A DNA stretch of 63,904 nucleotides, filler included, from Octopus bimaculoides (taxonomy: Eukaryota), in the NCBI RefSeq assembly GCF_001194135.2. It is 6 parts of 4 records of this genome, joined end to end, with 100 filler letters (N's around TTAATTAATTAA, not from the genome) between each part and the next. Parts side by side here need not be neighbours in the genome. Positions count along the whole stretch, not along the records: positions 1 to 9,525 come from NC_068983.1; positions 9,626 to 39,846 come from NC_068985.1; 4 more parts are not named here. One strand, 5' to 3'. Of the stretch, positions 1 through 13,433 are shown piece after piece (the first letter of the stretch is position 1; each line of letters opens with the position of its first letter). Position numbers and translations under genes: made by a program. Below the pieces are notes generated by a model, which was given only the letters and a program-made list of their open reading frames with translations, had not been told where the DNA came from and did no database searches.

Positions 1-58
<58 letters not shown>

Positions 59-540
59 CATAAAATGTAGGAGCCCGAAGCATTTGTGAGAAATACACAA
101 GCTTAAAGTGAGTTCAAATATGTTTGGGATTTATTTGAACTTCAAAAGCACATTACAAAGGAGAAAAAGTTCTCGCGTCTTGTCAACTCAATGAATTGAA
201 AGGGCTATTTTGTATCAGATGACAACTAAAAAGATTTTCATCATGGGTTTGCTCAGTCGAGCCTTTTCTGGTGCTAAGCGATTAGAATAAAGACAAGAAT
301 ACTCACTAATTATAATGATTCTTAAAATGAGATTTAAAAAAAGATCCAACCATTTTTCTACAGAATAGAATGTATTGATATAATCGATATCTTAATGGAG
401 AATATTTCATATAATCGATATCAACATCTGAATGGAGTTTATTTGATATAATTGATAGCAGTATATTAACAAGGTATATTGGATATAATCAGTGTATTAA
501 CAAGCCATGTTTCTTTCAATCGATATCCATTGATATCCGT

Positions 541-790
541 ATACCTACCTACCTACCTACCTATCTACCTACCTACCTACATACATACATGCATACATAC
601 ATACATGCATAAACGCATGCATTCATACATACAAACATGAATGTGCAATATAATAAAGCATATACATCGATGTGAATGCAAATATATATGTTCGCGTGTG
701 AATGCGTATGTACACGCGCGTGTGTGTCTGTACATGTGTGTGTATATATATGTGCATGCGTTTGTGTGTGTGCGCGCGCTATAGTATATG
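541..790. repeat. Compound microsatellite (TACC)n/(TACA)n/(TG)n
   Basis: Read directly. A similar block at 1897-2154 produces the spurious ORFs 1894..2157 and 1970..2185. Confidence 0.95.
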
Positions 791-2253
791 TATGTAATTT
801 ATGTTGATTCAGTATGGATGCACGCCACGGTTGATTCGGTTGGCAATGATTTTGTTAGACTTTAATATAATGGTTGTTTGAATTTATTCTTGTACATTAC
901 ACGAATGCATGAAAGAAAAAAAAATGACTATAAATGACAAACAACACACTTGCTTATCTAAATATGTTTAAAAATAATATATGTGAATGATTTTTTGTAA
1001 CAACGACTGTCTTAAGATTCACACTTTTCATCTCTTTCATGGCTTTCGTGGTATTCAGCATAAACTAGACATCTTAAAGGTCTTTATCAATCGATGCATA
1101 TATAATACATTGTAATGTGTAGGAGTTCATTTTAATACGGTTTTTGTTCTTGGAAAATCATTTGCTGCTTTAACAGCATCAGAAGAGTATTGCTACTTGG
1201 AAGTAAACTTTTTTTGGTTTTTATTTATTTCATTTTTTAATATTTTGTTTTTCACTCTGTCACTTCAGGGATCAGTACTCGCACAAAATATGCTGCTTCG
1301 TAACGTTCAGGATACACGCATTACGGTCTGTTGAAATTATTTCCATTCTTTTCAACTTGCTTAAACAAATGTCGCGTTGCTGTTTGAACTAAAGCTAACA
1401 TTTCTATGACATTGGTTATGTTTGCGACCGACTAAGGAATCTTGAATTCACACGAACTTGTTATGAGCAGTATAAAATTTGACATATAATAGCATGATTT
1501 TCATCATATCTGACAAAAGAATGTTTATGCTTATAGAATCGACTTTAAAATATCAATATTGGAGGCATATTTGCAAGCAAGTGATTTGATCTGAGACCGT
1601 ATTCTGGAACTAAAACGATTGCTGGCATTCAAATAGCACAAATACTGTTAACCATTTATTATTCGTTATTTACAGACAAAATTTCGGTTGCAGTTCATGC
1701 GACCAGGACAATAATATATATTTCTGGTTCACAGTTAGTGGATGTTTCGATTTAGCATTATATGCTACTGGCATTGCCAAACAGCTGGCATCTTGTGTGC
1801 AATGTTGCAAGTTCTAATGTTGCTTGATTGGGCTAACGGTTTCTTTCAAGTTTAGGAAGCAAACTTCTTAAACATAAACAACCGCGCTGGCGCATGCATC
1901 CATACCTGCCTACCAACCTACCTACCTACCTACCTACCTGCCTACCTACCTACCTGCCTACCTACCTACTTACCTACGTACATACATACATGCATACATA
2001 CATTCATACATACATACGTACATACATATATACAAACACACAAACACACAAGCACACAAGCACACAAGCACACACACACAAACACACACACATACACACA
2101 CACATATATATATATATATACATATATATATATTTATATATATATATATATATTTAAGCTCAGGAAGTATGCGGTTAAGTCCCACTTTGTAGTATTGTGA
2201 GAATTTTGTGGNNNNNNNNNNATATAATATTATATTATATTAGTTATATTACA

Positions 2254-2902
2254 GGCATTACTATACATAAATGCCTCACGCTAGGAGGGACTCTTAAATT
2301 CAAAACTACTATAATAAACACATTGTACCGAACGCGAGGGAATACAACTCTCGAAGCGAGCCTTTTAAAAAAGGATTCAGCCACAGATTATATGATTTCA
2401 TAATTGGTGCACAAAATGCACTTTTTAATCGTCAGTGCAAGCATAATCAAGACACATAAAATGAACAAAAAAACTAAATAAATAAACATAACAGACGAAC
2501 ACCAAATGTCTCCAGCATAGTACATAGGATTGTTCACACTTATATATCTATGTAAGAGGCAGGCTTATTGAATTGCATCTCGGTACACGTGTTTATTCAG
2601 AATAAAATTTACAATTTAAAATTAGGATAAAATGTTTATAAGAACTGATCAAGTAGTTAGCGTGAAAAACATCAAAAGAGAAAACATTTATTAATTATTC
2701 TCTTTAAATATATTTATTTATATGAAGGGCATTTCTATACATAAATGCCTCACACTAGGAGGGACTCTTAAAGTCAAATCTACCATGATAAATGCATTGT
2801 ACCGAACGCGAGGGAATACAACTCTCGAAGCGAGCCTTTTAAAAAAGGATTCAGCCACAGATTATATGATTTCATAATTGGTGCACAAAATGCACTTTTT
2901 AA
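2254..2902 (+). repeat. Direct repeat, two ~175-bp copies (2254-2428 and 2728-2902), offset 474 bp
   Basis: Manual alignment: 8 substitutions in the first ~67 bp, then 108 identical bp. The second copy runs into an N-gap. Confidence 0.95.
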
Positions 2903-3801
2903 NNNNNNNNNNNNNNNNNNNNNNNNNNNNNNNNNNNNNNNNNNNNNNNNNNNNNNNNNNNNNNNNNNNNNNNNNNNNNNNNNNNNNNNNNNNNNNNNNN
3001 NNNNNNNNNNNNNNNNNNNNNNNNNNNNNNNNNNNNNNNNNNNNNNNNNNNNNNNNNNNNNNNNNNNNNNNNNNNNNNNNNNNNNNNNNNNNNNNNNNNN
3101 NNNNNNNNNNNNNNNNNNNNNNNNNNNNNNNNNNNNNNNNNNNNNNNNNNNNNNNNNNNNNNNNNNNNNNNNNNNNNNNNNNNNNNNNNNNNNNNNNNNN
3201 NNNNNNNNNNNNNNNNNNNNNNNNNNNNNNNNNNNNNNNNNNNNNNNNNNNNNNNNNNNNNNNNNNNNNNNNNNNNNNNNNNNNNNNNNNNNNNNNNNNN
3301 NNNNNNNNNNNNNNNNNNNNNNNNNNNNNNNNNNNNNNNNNNNNNNNNNNNNNNNNNNNNNNNNNNNNNNNNNNNNNNNNNNNNNNNNNNNNNNNNNNNN
3401 NNNNNNNNNATGTCACTACTGTTCATATCATCTGTGAATAAATTCAAATTTGATGATATCACCAGTAGTAGCATTGGTGGAACGCAGTTATGATAGCTTT
3501 AAGGAGCTATGAAATATCGTAATGATGCTTAATGAGTATCTAGCTGCTAGAAATAAGAGCCAAGTCTTAAATAATCCACCGTAGCGCACCAATATAACAG
3601 AGGAAAACAGAACGAATTAAAACATTTAACAACACAAATAAAAATATTATGCAATTACGGATATCCACAAACCAGGTTTCTGCTTTTGGTTATTCAACCT
3701 TGAGCTTCGTCAGTGTGGACTACCAGTTTAAATTCATGACTGTTCACGTTAGTCTCTGACTTTGCAACTGTGTATATATATATATACACGCGCGCGGACG
3801 G

Positions 3802-4013
3802 ACGGTGGGGGCTAAAAAGTCCCTGGTTTTAACGATATCGAGAAAGGCCTGGTGCTGAGCCTGACCTTCCGAGTTGTTTTGCAGTCCGTAGAAAACCTGA
3901 TGGAACGCTGAGATAACTGAGCTGAAGGGTAGAAGATTTTGAATAAAATCAATATTAACTGATCCTCTTACATTTTCTTTTACCCAAATCCAGGAACTGT
4001 TCAGCATCTTGTC
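3802..4013 (+). mobile_element. Mariner-derived MITE (non-autonomous deletion derivative)
   Basis: Imperfect TIRs ggggctaaaaagtccctggtttt (3807-3829) and aaatccaggaactgttcagcatc (3986-4008) match at 17/23. The interior reads LQSVENLMER*DN, resembling the mariner transposase C-terminus (G..KL..RW.KC...G.Y.E). Confidence 0.75.
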
Positions 4014-4021
4014 ATTTATAG

Positions 4022-4029
4022 AGGGATAG

Positions 4030-4122
<93 letters not shown>
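4022..4122. repeat. (GATA)n/(GA)n microsatellite
   Basis: Read directly. Confidence 0.97.
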
Positions 4123-5037
4123 AAATGTTAGCGAGAAATGGAGATAGATAAAAATAAAGACACCGTTTCTAAAAGTATGCATGTTATGTAATACCTATTA
4201 AACAATGTAATTTATATCTCGGGAGCGTCCGTATGCCAAGAATAGACACACACACCCACTAAACTCATTATACATCTGTATTATTCCCCAATTGCAGAAA
4301 CAATGCGTGTGTTTATTGTGTGGAAGGTGGTTATGTGTTCGTTTTAATACATTTTATGATGTTATGGAATATTTTGGCTTCATAGAAAGGAATATATAAC
4401 CAATATAGATATAACAAGTGCAAAATCGGAAATTATTTATCCATATCAAACTGCATGCACTTGCTGGTACAACTGTAATGCAAACATCCTTCTTCATCAG
4501 ATGATGTGAAGCTTTTTTACATTTACCGTTGTGCGATTCTGAATTTATCTTAGCAAGTGTGTAGAATTTCTGCAGTGCGATTCTTTTGTTCCCAAATTTT
4601 TTCAGTAATCTGCAGTAATGATTTAAAGATTAGTGTCTGAAATAACCCACATTTAAAATATGTGGTGTAGCGGCACCCGATCTAAATTAGCCTGTCACCA
4701 AATATATCGAACTATCAGTTGTGGCATCCTCATAGATATTGTGAAATATATTTTCAAATTTGATCACACCTAACAGAGACCCCTCTACCTAATTACCATT
4801 GACGACTTTTATCGTTGAAATTGAACTCCGTCCTTTTGCTTCGTGTCTTTCCAAATTCTTGCACTCCATAGATTTGGGAAACAGTGCCCATCTGATGTAT
4901 AATGAGCATGCCAATTTAGTTTTTAGAGTTCGTTAGTAGATTAAATATAAATATAGATGTAATGAATGGGTTTATTTTACCTCAAAAATATAAACTGTTT
5001 CGGGGTGTTAAACTCTTTCCATTGCTGACAGAAATTA

Positions 5038-6287
5038 TACCTATTTTGGTTATGATATCATTTTTGATAATCTTAAATTTTATCTTTATACGACATAATA
5101 ATATTGTTTATAAACAATCATCCATAGTACCCCATGATAACATTTCCTCTGCATTAACATTATAAATTTTATAATCGTCTTTCCCCTTTAACTGGTAATT
5201 AACATTATGATTTACGGTCTTCCACTACCCAGCCTACTTTATAGACAGTTACTTTATACCCAATTTACTACTCGTAAAATCTTAACAATATATAATGTGT
5301 CAAATGTTATTTTCCAATCCACAAATTATCATACCACATATTGTAACAGTGAGTGTTTTCTGAACAGAAATTTTCATCAAGTTATTGGTATGGAATTTGG
5401 ATACAGTTCATTCAAAATCTCGATCTATCACAAAAATAATTGAATAATATAAAAAATTATAACGATTGTGTCATGTAATAATTAGAGGGAATTCCGACAC
5501 CACTCACCTTATTCATATTTCATTGAAGAATACAGTGTTTTCAACACATTTTCATAAAAATCTTCGGTTCTCAAACCTGTCTGCCTCGTGGAGATTTTTC
5601 AGCTACTAGGTCCATGCTAGATGGTTATACTATAGTCATATATGTGTATATATGCGTATATGTGCATAACCTATTAACATCTTATCCCTTATAAATTGTT
5701 ATCTTTCTTGTTCGTAGATGGATACTTTTTAGTTAATTGATTCTATGCGAATTGGTAACACTACATCTATATAAACGTATAACTATTTATGTATGTGTGC
5801 ATGTGTGCACATAGATAGATATGTATGTGCATTTACACATATCATCATTTTTTTTTCTGATTCTTGGTTTATACTCAATATATATATAACATGTTTATCT
5901 TTCCAGTATTCCAAAAGTCTTTACAGAAACCACCTAATATGTAAATAATTAAGTACATGAATGAATATTAAACTGATTCCATGTAATATTTCCTTTTTGA
6001 TGTTGAAAATTTATATATATATACACATTTTACCTATTTTGGTTATGATATCATTTTTGATAATCTTAAATTTTATCTTTATACGACATAAAAATATTGT
6101 TTATAAACAATCACCCATAGTACTCAATGATAAAATTTCCTCTGTATTAACATTATAGGTTTTATTAGCGTCTTGCCCCTTTAAATGGTAATTCATATCG
6201 TGATTTATGGTATTCCACTACCCAGCCTACTTTATAGACAGTTACTTCATACCCAATTTACTACTCATAAAATCTTAACAATATATA
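5038..6287 (+). repeat. Direct repeat, two ~257-bp copies (5038-5294 and 6031-6287), offset 993 bp
   Basis: Manual alignment from tacctattttggttatgatatc to cttaacaatatata, roughly 90% identical. It explains the similar ORFs at 4962 and 5961. Confidence 0.95.
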
Positions 6288-8191
6288 CGGCCATACCTAG
6301 CCATCAGCTGTTAACTCATTCTTGCCCTTCATTCCAAACAGACACAGTCCTCTAATCTTTCATTTTATAGTTGATAAAAGGACAAATAAATTAGAAGTGA
6401 ACCACAGTCTTTTACAGGCTATGACCCCAGTAAGCTTCATGCTTTTCTTGGAAATGTAGTATATTCTTAGCTACCACAGCGACAACATGGATTTCTTCCA
6501 TTCCATGATCTGTTAAAGTATTCGAATAGAATTATATTAATGTGTCTGACTGATCAAAATTATATCTTTTTGTGCAGCTGATGGGAGCCCTGCATTTAAA
6601 TTGATGCAATGATTGCATTTTTCAATTAAATAGAGCCGCTTGAAACGGCCGAACTTCACTTCTTGATATTCTGTTGCTTATTTTGATTTTATATATNNNN
6701 NNNNNNNNNNNNNNNNNNNNNNNNNNNNNNNNNNNNNNNATATATATATATATATATATATATATATACGTATATGTATGAGTGTGTGTGTGTGTATGTG
6801 CGTATGTGTATATTTGTGTGTCCATGTGTGTGTGTGTGTGTGTAAACATAGATCCGTTAGTTACCTTTGCTCAAGTTAGATTGTAGCTGGAATCAAGTAT
6901 TCATCCTTGCGAATTAAAGTGTCTCTCTTTAGCATGCTAATGACGTTCTTGCCTAATGTCAGCCTGTCATTCATTATATGACAGTTGCAGTTATACACTG
7001 AGGCGCGTAGTGCTTTGCCACTTTCGTCATTTACTGTATTCAAACTGCGCTACATAAAAAGTAATCGACGACAGCTTTTAACTAGTAAAATTATATCTGA
7101 ACTAATGCCCACTGATCTCACAGGCAATGCCACAGTGGCATTCAACATTCTGAATGAGGTAGATATGTTTTTAATGGCGTTAAATTAATATACAGATCTC
7201 TTCATGGGATTGTTTATTTCATTTCATTCTTCACGTTTGTCCCAGCTTAACATGAGTTAAATGGATTTACTGCCGTAAATGAAAATAAAACACACAAGGC
7301 TAGCAAGTCTAACACGGATTATAGGAAAACGCATTGTACATTCCAGTGCTGAATATTCAATGCTGAATATTCAATACATATGCATATTTACTATCCTAGA
7401 AATACTTCAATGTATTCCCCTATCTACTGACAGGAAAATGTATTTATTTTGCGATATAATATCGATTTTCCATTTATGAACAAGGTTGCTTTCAAGCTAT
7501 ACATACAGAAAAATCCTTCCAGCTATACTCATACAATCTTCAAGTAATAGTTATACTCTCCAACCCACATGATATACACGCAGTTGCATAAGTATATTTT
7601 GCTTTTAATTTCTGCAGAAACCAAGCGAGGTGGGGGTTGGATGATACCATCGACAACCTGTTATCAGCCCTACTGTGCGTGTGTGTAAATGGCAGGTGGG
7701 GGTCTAATAAAAGTTGAATTCACCGGAAATTGAACTCAAGATATAAAATGTCGGAATATGAACATCAAAACATTATTTCCGGCTCTGTACAAGCAGTGGC
7801 ATCCTTGCTTCACTTACCGTTTTCACAACATTACTTTCCAAGTTCACAAACTAAACTGCCACACTCTACTGCTTAGAAGGTAAATAACAATGCTTGGATA
7901 ATGTGGATATAACTGCGACGAGTCTAGTGAAAACAAAAATATAACTGACCTTTTTTTCAGTTCAAATGGAGTTGACATGAGGATGACAAGATAAGAAATA
8001 ATAAACAAGAACCTCATATCTCATGACTATAAACATATCATAAAGACTGAAAACACAACTTGGGTGGCAGTAATGCAACTTCTCTGAAATATTCACAACA
8101 TGCTTGGAAATGTTGTAAACTTAGCAGAGTGACAAAACACACTGCAAACTTTACATGAAGAAAATACCATCGTGGGGGAAATCCAAGCAAC

Positions 8192-8415
8192 ATTTAATTC
8201 TTTATTGCCCACAGGGGGCTAAACATAGAGGGGACAAACACAGGGTTTAAGCCGATTACACCGACCCCAGTGCGTAATTGATAATTACTTAATCGCCCCC
8301 GAAAGGATGAAAGGCTAAGTCGACCTCGGCGGAGTTTGAACTCAGAACGTAACGGCAGACGAAATACCGCTAAGCATTTCACCCGGCGTGCTAACGATTC
8401 TGCCAGCTCGCCGCC
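8192..8415 (-). mobile_element. tRNA-derived SINE family B, tail variant B2, near full length
   Basis: Minus strand: ggcggcgagctggcagaatcgttagc head (A-box-like), gagttcaaactcc (B-box-like), gcctttcatcctttcgggg core, and a tail ending gtgggcaataaag. More than 12 homologous copies in the window. Confidence 0.9.
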
Positions 8416-9276
8416 AAGCTATATGAGTGAAGGCAAGCCTCTAGATTTGGTTAAGAAGTGATGATGTGCAATGGACAGAACACTATTGAGTGATGACTGG
8501 TAGCCACTTGACCTAGGTATTGGCTTGATCTCAGTGAGTTGGCGGGAGTACAATGATGCCTCCGTTAAAAAGGCCCCGCAACTGTGCACAAGTTCACCTG
8601 ATGACGTCATAAGCTTGTTCATGTCCTGCATATATAGCTATCTACTCGTAGCACTATTACCTGCAAGTTCTTTGCAAATTATCAATATTTGCTCAATAGA
8701 AGGAATACATGAAATTCATCAAAGAATATGAAAGCTTCGACTACGAATGACAATCATATATGTATAAAACAAAATAATAGTGCACTTCCCAATATCGCAG
8801 ATGAAACTCACTGAATATTCATAAGAAGTATGGAAACCTTTCCTGAGTAGCAGACAGCACGAAACACATATCATCATCGGATGGACTGGTCTACTAATAA
8901 AAGGTCAAGTTATTTTTTCGTTGTTGTGCCATCCAGAAAGTAGTGAGGGCCGCAGTTTGCTCATGACTAATCTGAACAATGAATCACAAACACGCACATA
9001 TACATGACCGAAACATATTGGATTCGTGTATTATGTTCAAATACTCACAGTGAATGTAGCTATATTCACAGCTAACCGAAAATTTCTATTACGCCATAGG
9101 ACACCATTATTGGCTATAGTCGGCCAGTTAACGTGCTAGAAATGACAATCAAATCGACTTCAAAACATATAGCATACAGGAGTGACGCATTTGTTAAAGT
9201 GGAACGTATATCGCCGTATGCACATTCTTACACGATTGAAGGAACAACAAAATAACATTATCACAATCAATTAATG

Positions 9277-9440
9277 GGATGAGCTGGCAAAAGCGTCAAC
9301 ACGCTGGTATAAATGCTTAGCGGCAATACGTCTGTCTTCAAGTTCCACCAAGGTCGCCTTTTGCACTTCATCTATTATGAATCGATAAAAGGAGTGCCAG
9401 TTGAGCACTCGGATCGATGTAATCGATGTAATCGACTTAT
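9277..9440 (+). mobile_element. SINE family B, degenerate copy
   Basis: Homologous to 8192-8415 (gagctggca...aaatgcttagcgg...gatgtaatcgactta). Confidence 0.75.
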
Positions 9441-9525
9441 CTCATGCTCCAGAGCTTACTAGACTTCGGCCAAAATTTGAGATCATCATTATTAACATCG
9501 TACTTATAGGAATATATATATATAT

Positions 9526-9625
9526 NNNNNNNNNNNNNNNNNNNNNNNNNNNNNNNNNNNNNNNNNNNNTTAATTAATTAANNNNNNNNNNNNNNNNNNN
9601 NNNNNNNNNNNNNNNNNNNNNNNNN
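9526..9625. other. Artificial scaffold join: 44 N + TTAATTAATTAA + 44 N
   Basis: The identical 100-bp construct recurs at 39847-39946, 45158-45257, 56537-56636 and 62617-62716. The 12-mer is a palindrome with TAA stops in all six frames. Confidence 0.97.
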
Positions 9626-9670
<45 letters not shown>

Positions 9671-10390
9671 CATGCATACATACATACATACATATATATA
9701 CATACATACATACATACATACATACAAGCACACACGTAACTACACACACAGATATATATGTTTGTTTTTCTCTCTGTCTATCTATCCTTCGATCGATGGT
9801 TATTCACCTAGATAATGCAGACATTCTCGCCGACCACTTCTCATTTCTCTATCACTCTTCTTCTCTTCACTTCTCTTCGAGATCTGCCTCCATCTCTTGC
9901 TCTCCTTTACATATTTATAACCTGTATGGAGTGGTGTACGAATGTTGGGTAGAAGATAATATGCATTGAATATTCCTTATTGTATGTCGTAGTATGTCGA
10001 TATGTGTCTGAAGTGTATACCCATGTATTGTATATGGTGTAGTATTTGTATATGTGCAAGCACCGTTGTATTCATTTGTATGTGTGCAAGTGTGTATGAG
10101 TAATTATGCACATGTACGCGTGTGTCACCAATTATACGTTTATGCGTACCTCTATTACAATGTATGTTGGTACGTGTGTATGTGTGTATGTGTGTGTATG
10201 TAGATATGGTGATTATATGTATCCGTATGTAAACATATATACACATACATACATTTGTTGGCGCGCTACTGAAGTAATCAGGGAACCTTTTGATGCCACC
10301 TCGTATACATACACATAGCTATCTATCTATCTATCTATCTATCTATGTCTATCTAATTTTCTATCTATCTGTCTGTATCTGTCCCCCCCC

Positions 10391-10442
<52 letters not shown>

Positions 10443-10739
10443 GCATTACGCATGATTTGTATTATGTATGTGTGTGTGTAAGTGCATGTGTATGAATACG
10501 CCTGTGCACGTACTTCTATGTGAGAGAATCTACACGTGAGTGTGCGTGTGTCAGTGTGTGCGGGCGCCGGTGTGTTCGCGTGAGTGCAAATCCTTTTGAA
10601 AGACAGTAAAATTGTTACTTTTGGTGTTAGAAGATCAGAAACACTTGTGCGAATATAAAATAAACGAGAGTTGGGGTGAGATGGGTTGTGTGTGAAAAAT
10701 TAGGGATCAGGTTTAAGGGCCACTGGTGATAAGGTCACA

Positions 10740-11990
10740 GCAACAACGTGTGAAATGATCATCGCAAGCGTAAAGGCGGTGGAGGAGTTGATGATAACGG
10801 TGGAGGAAGTAATGATGGTAGAATATGTAATGGCTACGCTGATGATGGTGACGGTGGTGGTGGTAGTCGTGGTGGTTGTGATGGTGATGGGTCGATGTAG
10901 CAGTGGTGGTGGTGATGGTAACGGTGATGGATGAGACGATGGTAGGTTATAGAATGGTGGTGCTGGTAGCGGCGGCGACGTGGATGGTAACTGCCATGGT
11001 GGTGGTGGTAGCGGATGTAATGTCTTTGGTGATGATGGTGGTGTTGGTAGCGGCGGTGGTGGTGACGGCAGCTGTGATGGCGACAATAATTGTTGTATGT
11101 TGTTGCTCTTGTTGTTGTTGTTTAGCCACAGGTCAGACCTGATCTAGAAAGCCTATGATCAAAGGGCTTCCAGCCGTAGCCAACACCTATTTATTTCTCT
11201 CTGAAGGACCCTGGAGACAATATTATCTAATAAGAAGGTGAGGTATAGTTTCAGGCAGATTTGACTGTTATTTCTTGCAGGTCGTGCGACCACCGGACGG
11301 TAACCTGTTAGTGGTGATGAAGATGGCACTTGTAACAGTATGGAGGATGGTAATAATGTTGGTGGTAGTTTCGGCGGTTTTGGTAGTGTGGTGGTGGCGG
11401 TACTGGTGATGGTGGTGGTGGTATGGTGTAGCGCGAGCGCTAGTGGTAATAGTGATGACATTCATTGACGGTGGTGGTGGTAGTGTGACGATAGAAGTAA
11501 TGGTGGTGGTGGTGATGGTGGTGATGTCGTGGTGTGGGTGGGGGGGTGATAAATATGGTAGCGGTGGTATTTGTGTTGGTGGTGGCTACATCGATAATTA
11601 TAATGTCGGTTGTCGTGGTGGTGGTGGTGGTGGTGGTGGTAGTGGTNNNNNNNNNNNNNNNNNNNNNNNNNNNNNNNNNNNNNNNNNNNNNNNNNNNNNN
11701 NNNNNNNNNNNNNNNNNNNNNNNNNNNNNNNNNNNNNNNNNNNNNNNNNNNNNNNNNNNNNNNNNNNNNNNNNNNNNNNNNNNNNNNNNNNNNNNNNNNN
11801 NNNNNNNNNNNNNNNNNNNNNNNNNNNNNNNNNNNNNNNNNNNNNNNNNNNNNNNNNNNNNNNNNNNNNNNNNGTGGTGGTGGTGGTGGTGGTGGTGGTG
11901 GTGGCCATCGTCGTCGTCATAGTGATGGTTGTTAGTAACAGCTGTAATGGTATTTCATGATGTGATGACGAGGGAATTGAAGGTGGTAGC
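10740..11990. repeat. Cryptic (GGT/GAT)n low-complexity region, interrupted by a non-repetitive stretch (~11110-11290) and a gap
   Basis: Degenerate trinucleotide repeats that give the poly-V/T/P/G ORFs in the track. Confidence 0.9.
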
Positions 11991-12318
11991 AACGGCGATG
12001 TTGCAAACAGGTGGGAGTGGTGTGAGGAAGGAGAAGCGCTATAGAAGCCAGTTGGGAGTGTAAGTGATGAAGGGCAAGGAGAAAGGGGTGAGGTAAAATG
12101 GTGGTGGGAGGAGGAGAAGATTGTTAACAGTTGTGGTGGGAGCGGAGAAAGAAAATGTCAACTCTCCTGCAAATGACCCCTGATTGAACATGGCTTGACG
12201 ACCTGATGATAGTGGAGGTGTTGATAGCAACGGTATATAGCCATATAGACATGAAAGGAAAATGATCCTTCGTCGTTTACGACGATGAGCATTCGACGTA
12301 TATCATTTGTCTTCTCAC

Positions 12319-12539
12319 TTGTTTCAGTTACTGGACCACGACCATACTGGGGACACCAGATTGAAGAGGGGGTTCATCCAAGAAGTCGACCCCGAAACTT
12401 ATTTTAGTTTTATTATTTTTTTTTGTGTTATCCTTTTTCTATCGGTCGGATTTGTTGAATCCGCTAAGTTAAAATAACGGAAACCATACATCCACACACA
12501 CACACACAATATATATATACATAGCGATAGAGAGAGAGA

Positions 12540-12603
<64 letters not shown>

Positions 12604-12613
12604 GAGAGAGAGG

Positions 12614-12651
<38 letters not shown>

Positions 12652-12859
12652 CAGACATGTATACATATATGTCTGTGTGTGTGTATGCATGTAAACGCTG
12701 GGCTTTTACTCAGTTTCCATCTATCAAATTCAAACTCAAGACATTGTTCGACCCCGGGTTATAGAGGAAGACACTTGCCTAAACTGTTGCGCAGTGGGAC
12801 TGAACTCAAAACCACGTAGCTGCAAATCAAGCTTCTTAACCACGGAGTCACGTCTGCGC
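12319..12859 (-). mobile_element. tRNA-derived SINE family C with expanded internal (GA)n/(CA)n
   Basis: Minus-strand head gcgcagacgtgactccgtggttaagaagc...gagttcagtcccactgcg...aggcaagtgtcttc and tail ...aactgaaacaag. Homologous to 32863-33307. Confidence 0.8.
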
Positions 12860-12905
12860 ACCCACGTAGCCGCATCCTTGGTGTAATCTTCAGGCAGAAT
12901 CAGAG

Positions 12906-13433
12906 TGTAGTAAATCTGGCATTCGTAATTACAGGTACAATAATATATTTGGCTGAAACGAGAAGACACGAAATGGCTCGAAAACCATAGCGTGCCGACT
13001 GGGAAATAGTGTCGCTGGCACTTACACAGCGTTGCTGCTTGATAGGTGGACCGAGGCAACTATCTCGTTCATTGCGCGCCCTCCTCTCCGATGTTTCGAA
13101 TGCTTGTATTACGAGGCAGTTAGTCGGCTCGGGCTGCTGGAGCTGAAACTCACACGACTTGTTGGAAGGTAGGTCTAGAGAGGGCATGGGTCAAAACTAC
13201 GCGCCCTTCCCTTCCATTGGCCAGTAGACTGTGCCTCATGACAGTTAGTGGACGCGGGCTGCTGAAGCTTAGATTGCATCACGCGACAGTTAGCTGGGGT
13301 TGGCAGGTGGAACCTACCGGCGAGTATTTAATGGAAAATTTGTCAGTTTGGTCACTCGCCCGCTGACATTCGTTGATATTGTATAGAAAAAACCAAAGAA
13401 CAAAAAAAGAAAGGACTAAAAACGCACTCAACA
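12906..13433. mobile_element. Possible solo LTR (528 bp)
   Basis: Termini TGTAG...CAACA. Flanks tcagag and ccagag could be a 6-bp TSD with one mismatch. The interior is CpG-rich and carries a 28-bp direct repeat (13117-13144 vs 13242-13269, 24/28 identical). Confidence 0.35.

Noticed and set aside
1269-1312. Strong polypyrimidine tract and CAG at 1266-1268, suggesting a terminal exon
   Set aside because: All frames close within about 40 codons, the peptides are unrecognisable and no donor is evident. It cannot be supported without RNA data.
7618-7695. 78-nt AG/GT-bounded segment (NQARWGLDDTIDNLLSALLCVCVNG)
   Set aside because: Weak donor (GTGGGG), phase incompatible with direct splicing to the 18181 exon, and no recognisable homology.
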